Shown one piece after another: positions 40,146-56,090 of a stretch of DNA of 64,000 nucleotides (positions are counted from its first letter, which is position 1; each line of letters begins with the position of its first letter). Position numbers and translations under genes: made by a program. A model generated the notes under the pieces. The model did no database searches, was not told where the DNA came from, and saw nothing but the letters and a program-made list of their open reading frames with translations. This DNA comes from Eledone cirrhosa (lineage: Eukaryota): assembly GCA_964016885.1 (NCBI GenBank), contig OZ024745.1, forward strand, positions 133,548,001-133,612,000, in the 5' to 3' direction.

Positions 40146-41059
40146 TATATAAACGAAGATGTAAACGAAGATCGCTGGTATATATATATACAGCGTCCCT
40201 CGGCCAGCGTCCAGCTCAACAAATCTAGTGATTTGCAGTTATTCAGCTGCAATTACCTGTTCAGAGTGCACACATTTAGTTTTAATGTAGAGCATTGGCT
40301 GCGTTTTTAATTAGAAACGGATGTTAAAATTCCTGAACGATCGTTTCTGTGTAATATTTCCTTACAAATGCAGATTTTACATATATATATATATATACGT
40401 ACACACATTCATATATATATGTATGTGTGTGTTTCTGTGTTGTGAGTGTGTGTATACATGTATGTATGTATGCATGTTTGTATGTATGATATAGTGCCTG
40501 TGGAGAAAAAATGTTTGTTGTGAATTAAGCTAATATGAGTTAAATTATGCGTGCCGCAGGAGAGGTCAAGTATATGGAAAGAATTCATGTGTAATTGTAA
40601 ATTATATGAAGCTCGGTTAGCAAAGCCAGAGGCAGTATACAGTAACTCACTAAAAACTGGTTGATTTTCTCACTCACACAAAACGTATTACAATGTAGTT
40701 TCTCTCTGTATTAATTATTACAATAAATGCATTTTTCGTCATATATTTTTTTTTCTTTGCAATTTTATGTTCCATATGAATTAACTTTTACCAAAATATT
40801 TCATTGCTGGTGACGAAATCAGCTGGAAAAATTCGGCGGCCATATTCACAGTATACCTTCCATCACAATACCTTCACATTATACCTTCCTTCACAATACC
40901 CTCTTTGTGTTTTCTTTGTATGATTTCATATTTTACATCTTTATTTTAATCATTCATGTTTCTATGTGTTTATTTACTGGTTACAGTGCGAGCGTGAAGA
41001 AAAGTAATCTTTTGATCATAGTACAACATCGTAAATAAATTATAGTGAATAAATATATA

Positions 41060-41300
<241 letters not shown>

Positions 41301-43770
41301 AAATAAGGATTTTATAGAGAACGCAACTTAAACAAAATAAACAATTTCACATTTAGTAAAAAAAAACAAAAAAAAGAAAGAGAAAGCCAATGAATAAGTG
41401 AGGCTAGGTTTTATTATGAAATATTTAATATTCACAGTGAACAAATACAAATAAAGCGAAGAGATTGGTAAGAGACGTTGAACGCCGTTATTGGAAGGAA
41501 TATTTCCAATAGATAAATATCTTTATCATCAAACAACTAATACTCATCTTAACGGAAACGATTTGAATACAACGGCTGCCATCTCCTTCTACACAAACCT
41601 TTCGGCGTCTTGTATTTGTATATATATATATATATATGTGTGTATATATATATATATGTATGTATATATATATGTATGTATGTATTATTATATATGTATA
41701 TATATGCTACATGTAATACATATAAACATATATGTATATATATATATAACTATGCATATAGATATATAGATATACGCACACACACACATACATACACACA
41801 TACACACGCTCATATATATATACGTATATATATATATATATAACTATGCATATAGATATACACGCACACACACATATATACATATGCATAGCATAATAAA
41901 TACACTGATATGTCTTTGACATGAGTGTATGCGGTACCTTCCAGAATTTTCTTCCGTGTTATATTAGTTGGGTTTTTTTTAATATTTTATATGCATTTAA
42001 TGGCAACTAGTTTTAGGTTTACTTCCTGCACTATCCTTTATCCTATCTTTCGTTGAATGTGCATTTCCCTTTATAGTTTTCGAAACATTACACTTTATGT
42101 ATTTAATAAATTATACTGTGTATAATACGGCACGCTATTAAAGATTAAAATCTATAGATGTTTTCAATGAGTATTCTGTCTTTTCCGAATCAATATTTAT
42201 AATTTAGTGATGATATAGTTATCTTTCTTTTACTCGTAATAAGCTTAGTACAATGATTGTGTATTGATAGATAAATATATGAGATGCAACTCCTATTTCA
42301 ATCCTGAGTTGAAGGGAATTTGCTTCCCATACACAACTTATAAACTTTGAATAGAGAACAACTATAGTGACTTCTCTTTCAGTTCTAAACTATAGAACCG
42401 TTTGATGAAATTAAAATGATAATAATAGAATATGTATTAATATGATTTATCCGCCGTAGATTTAATCTATCGACCGTTTTAACATCCATACGTACAAATA
42501 TTCAGGCGAGATAACATACTCTAGTATAACATGTTCCTTTCTTCCCATCTGTTTGATGCCCTGAAAGTAATCATAGACGTTGTCCTTTCGCCTCTCACTA
42601 AACTATATATGAATAAAAAATGCTACCCTACCTCATATTATTCCACTCTCCTGCTACTTTGTCTGATGCTAGCTTGCCTGTTTCATAACATTTTTACATG
42701 CGTATGTTCAGTATCAGTAGCTCTTGTATATTCCAGTACATTTTATAGCTTAGTTACTATATATCTGATTGCAGTAAGCTTTGGACTTATTGTAATACCC
42801 ACAAGTCTTTAATTTAACCATGATGATTAAGTAGAAGTACGACGGCCTGGTGAAACTGATTTACTCAAATACTTCACAAATAGTTTAGTTACAAAAAGAG
42901 GGTGTATTCCGTAGTACACCTTCTTAAAACTGAATGTAGTTACAGAACGTACCACCGTAGCTACCATCAAAATATTTACGTTGAGCATGAATGGAATCCT
43001 TGTTGAGATCATCCTATTTAATTCATAGCTTTAATGCTCGTAGACAAAACTCCAAATCCAGAAATCCCACTTGCCATTCCTTTAACGTAGGAACGACTAA
43101 AATGTGAAGGATGCTACTAGCTAATGAGAAAACATTGACGGTTTGACTCTGAATTGAATTGCATGTTAAGAACCACATCAACAAACTAATATATTTAGAA
43201 TACTAAGTTTTCTGTAAATCCTAAGACACTTGATGTACGTTAAAGCCTACTGCTTGAGTGAAAATGATTGGATAAAAATCAGTGAGCAGCTATTAAAAGG
43301 AACTTTATCAATATTATCATGAATGTTATCTTTATCATCATTATAAGTTGATGTAGAGTGCCGGTTTAAAATATTTTCATTATTTACGTTTGTACAATTC
43401 CTAGTTCAAATCCCTTCGGTGTCAATATGATATCTTGAAAGATCATAGTAATAGATTCAGAAATATGCAAATGTTCCATAACATCAATTGATATGCTGAC
43501 TTATGTTTGTTGGAGTTTTGGTATTTCAATAAATCATACATATATCTGACATTGCTTCAACTGACTGTTTAGAAAGACATTTTCGGGTCATTAACCGGAA
43601 AAGATAATCCGAAGAATTATTTCAAGAATTCGGTCAGTCCCATTCATTTCGAATGATGTAAAACCCTATTGCTATCTCACATTAAATTGATATGAAGCAT
43701 TTGTTCTTACCGTAAAATAAAAGATCGCAAACCAACGAGCAAACATAATAGAATAGTGCGTACGAAAGAA

Positions 43771-44013
<243 letters not shown>

Positions 44014-44509
44014 GAGAGGGGGGAGAAATAAAGAGAGAGAGATTTGGGAATAGAGAGAAACAGAGGGTTAAATCCTTCAATAAGTATTTTAATCTAGTTA
44101 CGTATTGAGCACTTAAATCAGATAATACTTTAGATTTCCATGTAATTACAATAATCAATATTATTATATAATTTATGTATCGTGTATCAGAAGCAGTAAA
44201 AAAAGCTGAACTGTGTGTGTATATGCTGAGTGTGTGTGCTTGTGCATATGGATCTGTGTATGTATGTGTGTTTGTTTGTATGGTGTGTGGAGCGAGATAT
44301 TTCTCGCTAGCATGTTACATGGATAGCTACGTACCTACACAAATAGATTGATAGACAGATAGTTTAATGCATAGATAGATAGATATATATATACAGATAG
44401 ATAGAAAGAGAGAGAGAAACAGAGAGACAAGCAGATAAATATTATGTATATAGATATATAGAGAGAGAGATGGACAGGGGGTAGATAGATAGATAGGTAT
44501 ATATATATA

Positions 44510-45647
<1,138 letters not shown>

Positions 45648-45690
45648 AGAGAGAGAGAGAGAGAGATGGAAAAGGGGGTAGATAGATAGG

Positions 45691-45832
<142 letters not shown>

Positions 45833-45862
45833 GAGAGATGGAGAGGGGAGTAGATAGATAGG

Positions 45863-45914
<52 letters not shown>

Positions 45915-45918
<4 letters not shown>

Positions 45919-46900
45919 GTTTTGCGAGGTTTTTGATATGAAATCGTGTGTCGAAACAAATATTGTTATACTTGGGGAGGGTCATATTTGTGTAATATTG
46001 CCAGAATTAATAACAGAACACACTCACTGTTTGGTTGGTTTTCGCTTTTCGCTTCTGTGTTCTTTATATCGGTAATTTAATTTATTCGGTCCTCAATGTT
46101 GCCATTGACTGACCAACGGTCAAAAATACAAATACAATGTGGACACAAACACATATATACAGTTTATCAAAGTTCTTTCGTTGCACATCTGCAACGACGT
46201 CAGTGGTGCTATTGTTTCCTCCCGTTGCATTGTATTTTCTACGCCATCTTTATTTAGTCTGTTTATATATTTATTTATTTGTTTTTGTTTTGTTTTTTGT
46301 CTTCTTTGCGCATGCGTTCGCGTGTGTGTATAGTGTTTTGTTTTATGTGTGTTCTGATTGGGTGACTGTGTATTGGTTAATGTATTCTATCTTTACTAGT
46401 GTGTGTTTATATGTGTTTGTTGTTATTGTGCTTGTGTATGTATTTATTTATTTATCTATTTATTTATTTATATATACTTCTCTTAGGTCAGTGTTGTTTG
46501 TTTGGGTGTTGTTGTTGTTGTTATTTCATTAATTTTTTCTGTTTAGCCTTGGCCTTCTAAGTTCTATTTCACTAGCCTCTCTGATTTGCCTATCTGCTGG
46601 GTCATTTCTATGTTTAGATATTATTCTAATTTCTATGTTGTCTATGTTACCGTCGTGTTGTTGTCTGGCATGTTTGTATAGTACTGAACCGTTTTTTTTT
46701 TGTCCTTTTAGATCCCCCAGTGTTGGTCTATCTACAGAGGATTGGCTCAGGATCACCATTTGTAGATCTGGCTCCATTATTGATCTGTTCTTCTGACTGG
46801 CGATGCGACAAATACACATACATAAAGCCTTAACATAATATATTCTTTCCATTTACCTTTCACATCCAGCCCTGTCTCTACATGTGCGTTTATCTTCATA
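45915..46900 (-). mobile_element. Penelope-like element 3' remnant (GIY-YIG tail 46529-46852) with a degenerate hammerhead at 46166-46207
   Basis: SVLYKHARQQH..IISKH...ADRQIREASEIELRRPRLNRK. RNA motif CUGACGU-CGUUGCA-GAUG-UGCAAC-GAAA-GAAC-UU. Confidence 0.75.
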
Positions 46901-47329
46901 ATTACGCATGATGTTGAACTAGCCTGCTTTTAAATTCCCTTTTTGGCATATTATAAACAGTGGGCCTTGGTTATCGTGTCTTTCAGCTCTGCTGATGATC
47001 GATTCCAACGGTGACCATCCCCACTGAAAGTTTCGTGAAATAGTCTTTTTTAAGACTATACAGAGCATTTGTAGTTTTTCCAAATTGAAGGTTGAGTATT
47101 TTGAATTTTATTTTATTCTGAGTTAAGGCTCTATTAATTTTTCCCTGGATTTCACCAAATTCTGTGGATGAATCTATATCCTGATTCTTTTTGAATTGAG
47201 TTTGAATTATTTTGCCACATCTTACGTTAACTATTTTTCCATTTTGACGCTATAGTCACTTATATATTATGGAATACTGTTGGCTTCTTGCTACAATAAT
47301 TTCTATACCTTTCATTTATATATATATAT

Positions 47330-47368
<39 letters not shown>

Positions 47369-47590
47369 TTTTAGTATATGCTGGTTGTTTACCGACACAT
47401 CAGTATGCAGATTGGGGCACTCGACGAAGTACGCAGGTTGGTTTTGTTACTTCCGAGTAATGTAAAATAAATCATATGATTCCAGTTCCTCAGAGAAATA
47501 ACAACCCAACTAGGAGCTGGACATATCGGAGTATTGACGGAGTGAAACACTTTAACAACATGTGTACCTGTCTCTACCACACCAATTCGA

Positions 47591-47645
47591 ACTGCCTGAA
47601 GAGGTCACAGCCAATGATGGCTGTCACGGAAATATATATAGCAGT
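47591..47645 (+). ncRNA. Type I hammerhead ribozyme (family F) in a (TA)n-flanked repeat (~47365-47695)
   Basis: ACUGC CUGAAGA GGUCACAGCCA-AUGA-UGGCUGUCACG GAAA UAUAUA UA/GCAGU. Confidence 0.83.
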
Positions 47646-47691
47646 ACATCGTTAATAAACGAAGCCAATTCTTAAATATTTGACTTAATTA

Positions 47692-47724
<33 letters not shown>

Positions 47725-47865
47725 GAGAAAAACCACAGACTCTCCATCTCAACTCTACTTTTGAAAAGCAGAAGAACTGCGAAACCGGTAAAGGAACCAA
47801 ATAAATATATATATATTTTTAAATAAGACTCCAGTTGCATTTTCGATTTCATCTTTTTTTTCTTT

Positions 47866-47901
<36 letters not shown>

Positions 47902-47902
47902 G

Positions 47903-48034
<132 letters not shown>

Positions 48035-48062
48035 AGAATCAAAGCTTTGTTCAAAGCATTTA

Positions 48063-48111
48063 TTCACTTACAATTGTTTCATCCAAACCTAGGCTTGGAG
48101 TCTTCGGACCT
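48063..48111 (-). ncRNA. Family E hammerhead copy with stem I disrupted
   Basis: CCGAAGA C-UCCAAGC-CUAG-GUUUGGA-U GAAA CAAUUG UA. The flank aagaatcaaag..tgttcaaa is shared with ~35164. Confidence 0.6.
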
Positions 48112-48285
48112 TTTTTTACTGCTTGTACATATAATTGACCTCCTATCCAACGCAAGAGACATACAGATACATATATATATATTGATGTACAGTGGAGTGA
48201 CATATATTATACTATACTATATTTGTATAGCAATTCAAATTTAAAATCAAAATTAAAATAGATGCGGCAGATAACACAGATTTAA

Positions 48286-48612
48286 CACGTATTTTGACGT
48301 AGGCACGTTGACACAGCAACGTATTTTGACGTAGGCACAGACACAGCTACGTATTCTGACGTAGGCACAGACCCAGCAACGTATTTTGACGTAGGCACAT
48401 TGATACAGCTACGTATTTTGACGTAGGCACGTTGACACAGCTATGTATTTTGACGTAGGCACAGATACAGCTACGTATTTTGACGTAGACACAGACACGG
48501 CTATGTATTTTGACGTAGGTACAGACACGGCTACGTATTTTGACGTAGGCACAGACACGGCTACGTATTTTGACGTAGACACAGACACGGCTACATAGAC
48601 ACATTTTGACGT
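48286..48612. repeat. ~30-bp minisatellite (acgtattttgacgtaggcacagacacagct), ~10 units
   Basis: Read directly. Confidence 0.92.
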
Positions 48613-50354
48613 TAATGCTGTCCGGCATCGCTGTCGTAATACTGTCGGAAGGCAACGAAGATTTACCGCGTCCATTTTCTAGAGTGAATGACATTTTAAA
48701 CGTGTCGCATACATTACAATATTTAAGTAATAGACGACTATCACCTAGCAATCCTCGAATAATATATGTCATAAATAAACCACGAGTATTTTCTTGCAAT
48801 TTGTAAGCAAATCATTAAGTCGCGATTATATTTTCGGGACACATCATAAGCTTGTAAATGTAGGCATTTATATTGTTTCCCACTATTGCATTTAAAGTGC
48901 CTCAAGCACAATATATCTGTTGAATATGCATGTTTTCTACTTGTCTTTCCCAAATGACAGACAAAATGCTTTATTTGTGAGGTGTACGAAAATGGTTATA
49001 ATTCCAGTGCTTATTTATAGAAATCAATGTAATATGATATCGTTTGCTCAACCTCAATGATGCTAGAATCTTCTACCCATATTAGTAATCAATATCCTGT
49101 AAAAGTGTGAAATACATTCGTAACTTCGTTGCATTGAAGCCAATATAAGTGTGTTTATAAAAAGAAATAGAATTCTTACATAAATTTTCTAAATTGTCAT
49201 TATTGCATGTTGCATAATAACAGTTCTGAAAATTGCAGAAATCAAATTACTAGCTTAAAGTGATATATTCAAATTTATTTACTGAGGCGAAACCAATAGA
49301 AACATTAAATGCGTAGGCATCAGCATCATTTCAATGTATCATCATAGATTTTCAAAGAAATATTTTCAATGAAGCCTTGCTTGATTTCTAGTTAAGTTTC
49401 ATGTAAGCAGTATAATTAATGTAATTCCGGATTCCTCTTTGCGATTTTTCATTTTTTTTTTATATCGTTTCTCCCAGTACTTGTTTGTTATGGTTCTTGT
49501 TTAAATATAATCGTTTTTTTACCTCTCTGCTTTAAAATATCCATTTATTATATTGTAGATCTACATAGGTATTCTATGATTTTATCAAAGAGTTGATTGA
49601 TGCATTAACTGTATTATCTAAATGAATGGGAATAGTTAAAGAAATTTCTAAAAGAAAAGATCAGATCAAATAATTGAAATTGGGACTGTATTGGTTAACT
49701 TGAGTCGCAGCGGTTCAAATTACTTTTCGTTTCCTTCTTTCCTAGTTTCTTCATTTCCATGTAAGCAGTTGGATGTTTTTGTATGCATTTAAGTATGCAT
49801 ATATGTGCGTGTTAATATTATAAACAGATATATAGTAAGCATGTATTTTGCTTTGAAAACCTATAGAATGCAAATAAACCACTGTTTCTTTTCCTGTCTC
49901 TGTACAGAAAATTAGATCAGTAAGAGTAGAAGCTGGTTTTACCCAGACTCCTGCAGATAATGCTTATTCACTTTCTGGCTGCAGAGACACCGTTGACAGA
50001 TTGTTATTTATAATAAGAGCAAAAGCTGACTGTCATGCGTTTGCATAATAGTGCAAGCGGTCGTAATGAAAATTAATTAATTAGTATTTGCAATGTACGT
50101 GTTAAGGAAAATATAAAACATAGGGAATACTTAGGAGAGTATGTATTTTTTAATTAATTACCTCGTTGAGAAATGTAATGTACCAAGGAAAGTGATCGAT
50201 ATGGTTAATTTCCACGAATGTTATAGAACCCTTAAATATTGTTTTCTACTTAGAAAATACAGCTACGTTAATTGAGTGTCTAAAATGGAAGCTCCAACCG
50301 TTAAGGTTGTCTTTTTTTCCGGGTATGTCAATATTTATTTATAAAACAAATCTG

Positions 50355-50420
50355 TATTTTATCTGATGAAAGCGCACCATAATTTGCCTTGGTTGCCCTT
50401 GAAATATATATAATAAAATA
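50355..50420 (+). ncRNA. Type I hammerhead ribozyme (family D, second copy)
   Basis: UAUUUUAU CUGAUGA AAGCGCACCA..UGGUUGCCCUU GAAA UAUAUA UA/AUAAAAUA. The downstream flank is shared with 34920-34960. Confidence 0.8.
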
Positions 50421-50460
50421 AATATGGTTTTATAAATATAGTTTCCATTTATTAATATAT

Positions 50461-50523
<63 letters not shown>

Positions 50524-52059
50524 CTGAGTGCGTTTGAGTGTGGGTGTCTGTGGGTGTGAGTGTCTGTGCCTGTGTGTGCCTCGAATCTATGATAGGCAAA
50601 GTTGACTTCGTGGGTTTATGAAATGAGAGACCAAAGAGCTAAAACGAATACCACAATCCGTCCGACGTCCTAACCACTCTGCCAATTTGTAGCCATATGT
50701 TCTATGGTACATTATTTCATAATACATATCGAAGTCTTACAAATTCAATATCAATAAGTGTATAAATCACTTGATGATTAATAAGAAAGTTTAATTACCG
50801 TTTATAATAAGTATTTTCCCAAATAATTATAACAAGATATTACATATTACTTATTTAACTACTTGGTTTCAACTGGAATGTATTTAGTTCATATAAATTC
50901 TGTGTACTTGTCTATTAAGAAAAACCTCACGAAACATATTGTCAAACCACTACACATATCTAATTTGTGTTAAACTACTTTCATGTATATGAACTGAATA
51001 TATGACAGCACAACAACGAATTATCAGAACTGTAAACAATCAAGCATATGTAATGTCTATTCTAGAATATACAAATACATTCTAAATCTTAGTGCAATTC
51101 TATAACACCTCAACTAATTTTGCATAAAGAGCTTTTCAAATCCTAACGGGTAAATTAGCTATTACACATGTAGATCAAGATATAATGCCAATTACAATTA
51201 CCAAATAGAAAGTTTGCCTATGTTAGGATCTTATTTATAATTTACAATTAACAAAGGATAAAATTTACAATTTCTAAACTGATATTTCCGGTTGAAAGGA
51301 AGAAAAATTAGGCTGTGTTAGATACAGGAAATATTTCAACATTCCAACTGCCAAGTATACTAGCTACACTGATCCATTAACACGCCATCATATAAGACTC
51401 TCAGCAGTTACACATTCTGATTATTGTAATAGAATTTTAGATAGTGTTTGATTTCCTCGAGGTGAGATATTGGCAAGGTCAGAAAAGTCTTTAAGCATAT
51501 TAATGGTAGCCAAAAGTGGTCGCTGACTTGAGATAATGTTGAATCGTATAAACTTCCTATATCTCATAGCTATGCTTTTCTATATCCTTTCTCAAGAACA
51601 GAATTAAATTACTTAAACAAGGGTTTGAGTACAACATGCACATTAGAGCTTATAGTTTCAGTCATGTTTTAACCATGTGTCTCCATTGGGTAATAAAGTT
51701 AGTTAGACAAACAATACACAACTCTCCAAGATGACATGCTTCTGTGTGTCGAGGTTATAATTTAGTCGCTGTCAAAGTTGAACATTTGAAGGTATGAACG
51801 ACAGTAAGAAAGTTTCAAGTGCCATGAATCGAAGGAGGAAACACTACGTGATTGTTTATTCTGCTAGAAATAGCTGACAAACCTCCAGGATAGATCTGGA
51901 GCTAAACAATAAGAAAATACAGATAATGTATATTTGCATTTTAAATGATGTTCATCGCATGATTGTTGTAAATACTGCCATTATTGTATATTGTAGAGCG
52001 TTGTCAATCAGCTTGTATAACATGGCAAAATGTTCAGTGGTGTTAAAACATACCACGCG

Positions 52060-52330
52060 AAGGCAGGGATTGATGATAATAGTATTCAATATGTCAGAAT
52101 CTTTTAGTTTGTAGGAAGAGATTTATCTCCAGAAAAATATAACGTGTGTATGAGGTAGTAACTGAAATTTGAAAGAAGAGTGGAATACAATTGTTTTCTT
52201 TATGGGTAATGTAGATTAATATGCCAAAGTACCAGCAAACGGAAGTTGTTCTTTACAATACCACATTGTTTGAGGAGGTGTGAATAGAAACATACTGCAA
52301 CATTAGTATATATCCCCCTTTAAATGGGAG
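52060..52330 (-). mobile_element. Possible very old CR1/L2-like LINE 3' end
   Basis: Minus-strand LYFSGDKSLPTN*KIL resembles CR1-type ORF2 C-termini. Weak. Confidence 0.3.
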
Positions 52331-53213
52331 AGATGATGCAGCTGCAATTTGGAACGTGATACAACGAGCAGGTGGTGCACTTCACAAAGTTATCCATTGC
52401 ATTCCTCGTATTTGTTTCACAGTCGTTGTCCCCTAGGTATTTTGTGTTAATCGAGATCATTCTCCTTTTGATCATTTGGTAATCACGAGATATGGGATAA
52501 TATGGATTATGGGAGGGACATTTCTCAGAGAAATCTATGTTTCTCCGCCCGCCCTTATCTCTTATAGATGGGTAAACCGCGCTCTGTTGATTATTGATAT
52601 ATGAGTGAGAGAGCAACTAAAGAAATAGTACAGGATAACAAACGATTTAGCATCGGTGTCGCAGTAGGAAGTAGCATCGGTGTCGCAGTAGGTTGTGTGC
52701 ATTAAAGTCTGCCAACATGAGAAATTACTTATTTACTGTATTTGTTTTGAAAGTATTAGAGATAATTCCACGGAGATTTACGTTCCTTTAATAATGTTAT
52801 ATTTATTTTCAAATATTTATTTTTCCAAATGTTTGGATCATTATTTAAACATGATTAATAATAAATTAATCGTGAACAAAAACCATTTGTAGTTCATTTG
52901 TGGTAGTAAAATATTTCTGTTTCACATTGCTTTATTAATAACATATGATATTCCATATTAATCAATAAATGCGTTGCATTCTTTACATCGTTTATCTACG
53001 TTTAGAAGATTCTAGATGATTAATTTAGATTCACGAATATCAGCCGAGTTAACTCTGACAACTTTTATAACTGGTAGATGTTCATTTAAATATTCTGGTT
53101 GGGAATTCAAACATTCTCATGATCATTGTATTTTGATATATCTACTAATTCCTACTCATTTATAGATAAATGAGTAATGTAATGTATGACGTAGGTATTA
53201 TTGAGATAATCTA

Positions 53214-53398
53214 GGGTGGTGGATTGGCAGTATTGGTAGAGGATCGGACGCCATGCTTTGACGCATGGAGTTGCGGCCCTTGCCATTCTGAGTTCAAATC
53301 CCGCCGGGGTTAACTTTGCCTTTCATCCTTACGGGGTCGATAAAATAAATTACCAGTAATGCACTGGATAATGCTAGCCTTGTACCAAAAGTAGAAAT
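53214..53398 (+). mobile_element. SINE copy
   Basis: Full-length match to 6593-6776. Confidence 0.9.
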
Positions 53399-53929
53399 AA
53401 TTATTTAGATGATCTTTACCTAACCACAACGGCTAAATTTTATTTGAAGACTGTCATTAATTATGTTATCGTCAAATAAGTATACATGCTAAAGAAAACA
53501 CAGAATATAGGTTTGTTTACACTAAACTATTTAGTTGAATACATTTACGTACTTAATTAAAATCCTGCCAGTGCGAGCTTCATCACCAAATCTTTTTGCT
53601 GTCAATAACATAGCCAACATTAAAATGTGGATTCAATCGACTACACTGGTTGGGAGGAAATGGAGAGTTACTGGATTAGGGTGTCATGATACTCCATCAC
53701 TTACTACAGCTTCTTTACAAATATTTTACTATGGATGCATTCATAATTTGTCCTATTGTTTTTTCTCAACAATACATTCCACGTTAAACCAGCATATCCG
53801 TCGTGAAAGTTGACAACACATGCTTCGGTTATGTATGTGTATCTGCGAGTGTGATGGCTGTGTTTGAAAGAATTCATGCTTTCCTTATAATAAACTGAAA
53901 ACTATACACTTCACTTTATTAGTCATTTA

Positions 53930-54115
53930 GGGCGGTGGATTGGTAGTATCGGTAGAGGGTCAGACGCTACGCTTTCCAGCATAGTTACGTCCCTTCACGG
54001 ACTGAGTTCAAATACCGCCGAGGTTAACTTTGCCTTTCATCCTTACGGGGTCGATAAAATAAAGTACCAGTAATGTACTGGGTAATTGTTGGCCTTGTGC
54101 TAAAAGTAGAAATAA
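53930..54115 (+). mobile_element. SINE copy with 14-bp TSD (1 mismatch)
   Basis: ttattagtcattta at 53916-53929 and ttattagtccttta at 54116-54129. Confidence 0.9.
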
Positions 54116-56030
54116 TTATTAGTCCTTTAACTTATTATTCTTCAAATAATATACACATGTAGTACCAATACGTTACTTCGGTACTCCTCACAGGAATTAC
54201 CAATAATTTATTCATTTTAAATGTAATTTTGACAGTAGTTTACTTGTTATGAGGCTGAATATGCTAACTTCCGGGTGAAAATGCTAACTTCCGGTTCAAT
54301 GTTCAATAGAAAATAACTCCATTAACTTTTCAACTCTAAATTCCTAAACTGAGGTTTTAAAGTAAAAATAATTTCATTGCATTGATGCACTGCCGAGAGA
54401 AAGATGATTATTTTGTTCATGTCCTTATACATGTGTTAGGGTAGGCTTAGATGATAGCACCATGTCGATTTCCGATTAAGGTGAAACCATTTCATTCGCC
54501 CTCTTTACTAGATAAGTGCTTGGATGTCACAAATGTATTACTACAAAATTATTATATTAAAAGTCTTAAAAAGACCCAGTTGTTTTATTATACATATCGT
54601 AGTTATACTACTATGATAATGTATTTCTATTTCTGTAGAACTCATTTTTGTATTTATCCTGAAAATCTATGTTGTCAGTTTGCAATAAGGATTGTAATGT
54701 ACCTATAACCAATCAAGGAACCACTTCCCTTCTCGCAATCAACATGGTGCAGTATAAAAGGCGGGAAATTGATTGTTGGCAACAAATGGCAATTATGTAT
54801 TACTTAACTTCAAAAATAATAAATACAATATAGATTCATCCCCTCACCTTGTGGGTGTTTTTATTTCAAATTTAATGTTCTATTAATAAATAGTTCTGCT
54901 ACAATTATTCCCTGAGAAACTGAGTGGCGCCATCAAAATAGAAAGCTATGGAACATAGTATCATAGCAATTAAAGAAAGGTTTGAGTGTAATGAACAGAG
55001 CTTCTTGGCAACATCAGAAGAAACAGTGTAAACTGTTAACCAGCATCAATGTATTTTCGAGTTTTTATTGTACATTTAACCCTATTGCTGCCATGGAAAG
55101 AGTTCATCTATGTTCATTTTATTCGTTTTGAAACATGTTCACAATATGATCATTTCTATTATGAATTTATAAAGCAAGCAAAAATGCCCCACAGCAGTTC
55201 TCTGTAAACTAAATGCATGTATAAGAGGGTTTCATATACGTAATACAATGAGTTGAAGAACTTTGGTTAAGATTATCCATGCAGTTATTATACAAAAGGC
55301 TCCCTCTAGTTATATTTAAAATCTATAAATGACATTATATATAATTCATGCAAAATTATTGAGCTGAAAATATCACAGTTTTTGATTAATATATACAAAT
55401 ACGATAGGCTCTCGGGTATGAGATATAAATATTTGCTGAACTTAGATTTTACATACAATAACTTGGCAAAACTTCTGGGTTTCTTAAGATCAATAACAGG
55501 AAGCAAGTCTGAAATAATCATATCACCGGCATTTGGATTCTGAATTTACAGCTAAAGAAACACATGTTAATTGAGAAATATGCTATACCTTATTATAACT
55601 TATATATCACATTATATAACATCCATTGTTACAGTTAGAAAACAGTATTATGAACGAATATCATCTAAATAATATCTATGTTGTATATAAAATATTCATA
55701 TACCAATAAATGAATAAGAATCTAGTAAATATATCAAACCACAATGTTCATGAGGATGTCTGTTTAATCAACATCCAATTATAAAGATTACATAGTTTGA
55801 GAATGTTACATGTTCAGACAAATCAATTTTCCAGTTTGCAATTCTGTCGTCCGTATTGACCACTCTTCCCTTTAGCAGATGTCTATATAAGGGTTGATAG
55901 GTCTATATATTTTAGGGGCTGATACTTCTATATATGTTAGGGGCTGATACGTCTATATATTTTAGGGGCTGATACGATCGTATTTTCATACTTTCTAGGC
56001 ATAAGCATATAGGAAATAATAGTTGCTACT

Positions 56031-56090
56031 TTTGGCACAAGGCCAGCAATTAATCCAGTGCATTACTGGTATTTTATTTTATCGACCCCT
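56031..56090 (-). mobile_element. 5'-truncated SINE with ~18-bp TSD
   Basis: gaaataatagttg(c/t)tact at 56013-56030 and 56091-56108. Confidence 0.85.

Noticed and set aside
46985-47050. CTGATGA...GAAA near 46993
   Set aside because: No convincing stem I or stem II complementarity.
48286-48612. CRISPR-like array
   Set aside because: No unique spacers, eukaryotic context and no cas genes; it is a simple minisatellite.
49885-50050. Possible host exon after a polypyrimidine tract and CAG
   Set aside because: No recognisable protein similarity or partner exons; cannot be supported without RNA data.
54700-54780. CCAAT plus TATAAAA promoter-like arrangement
   Set aside because: No downstream gene; such motifs arise by chance or in transposon ends.
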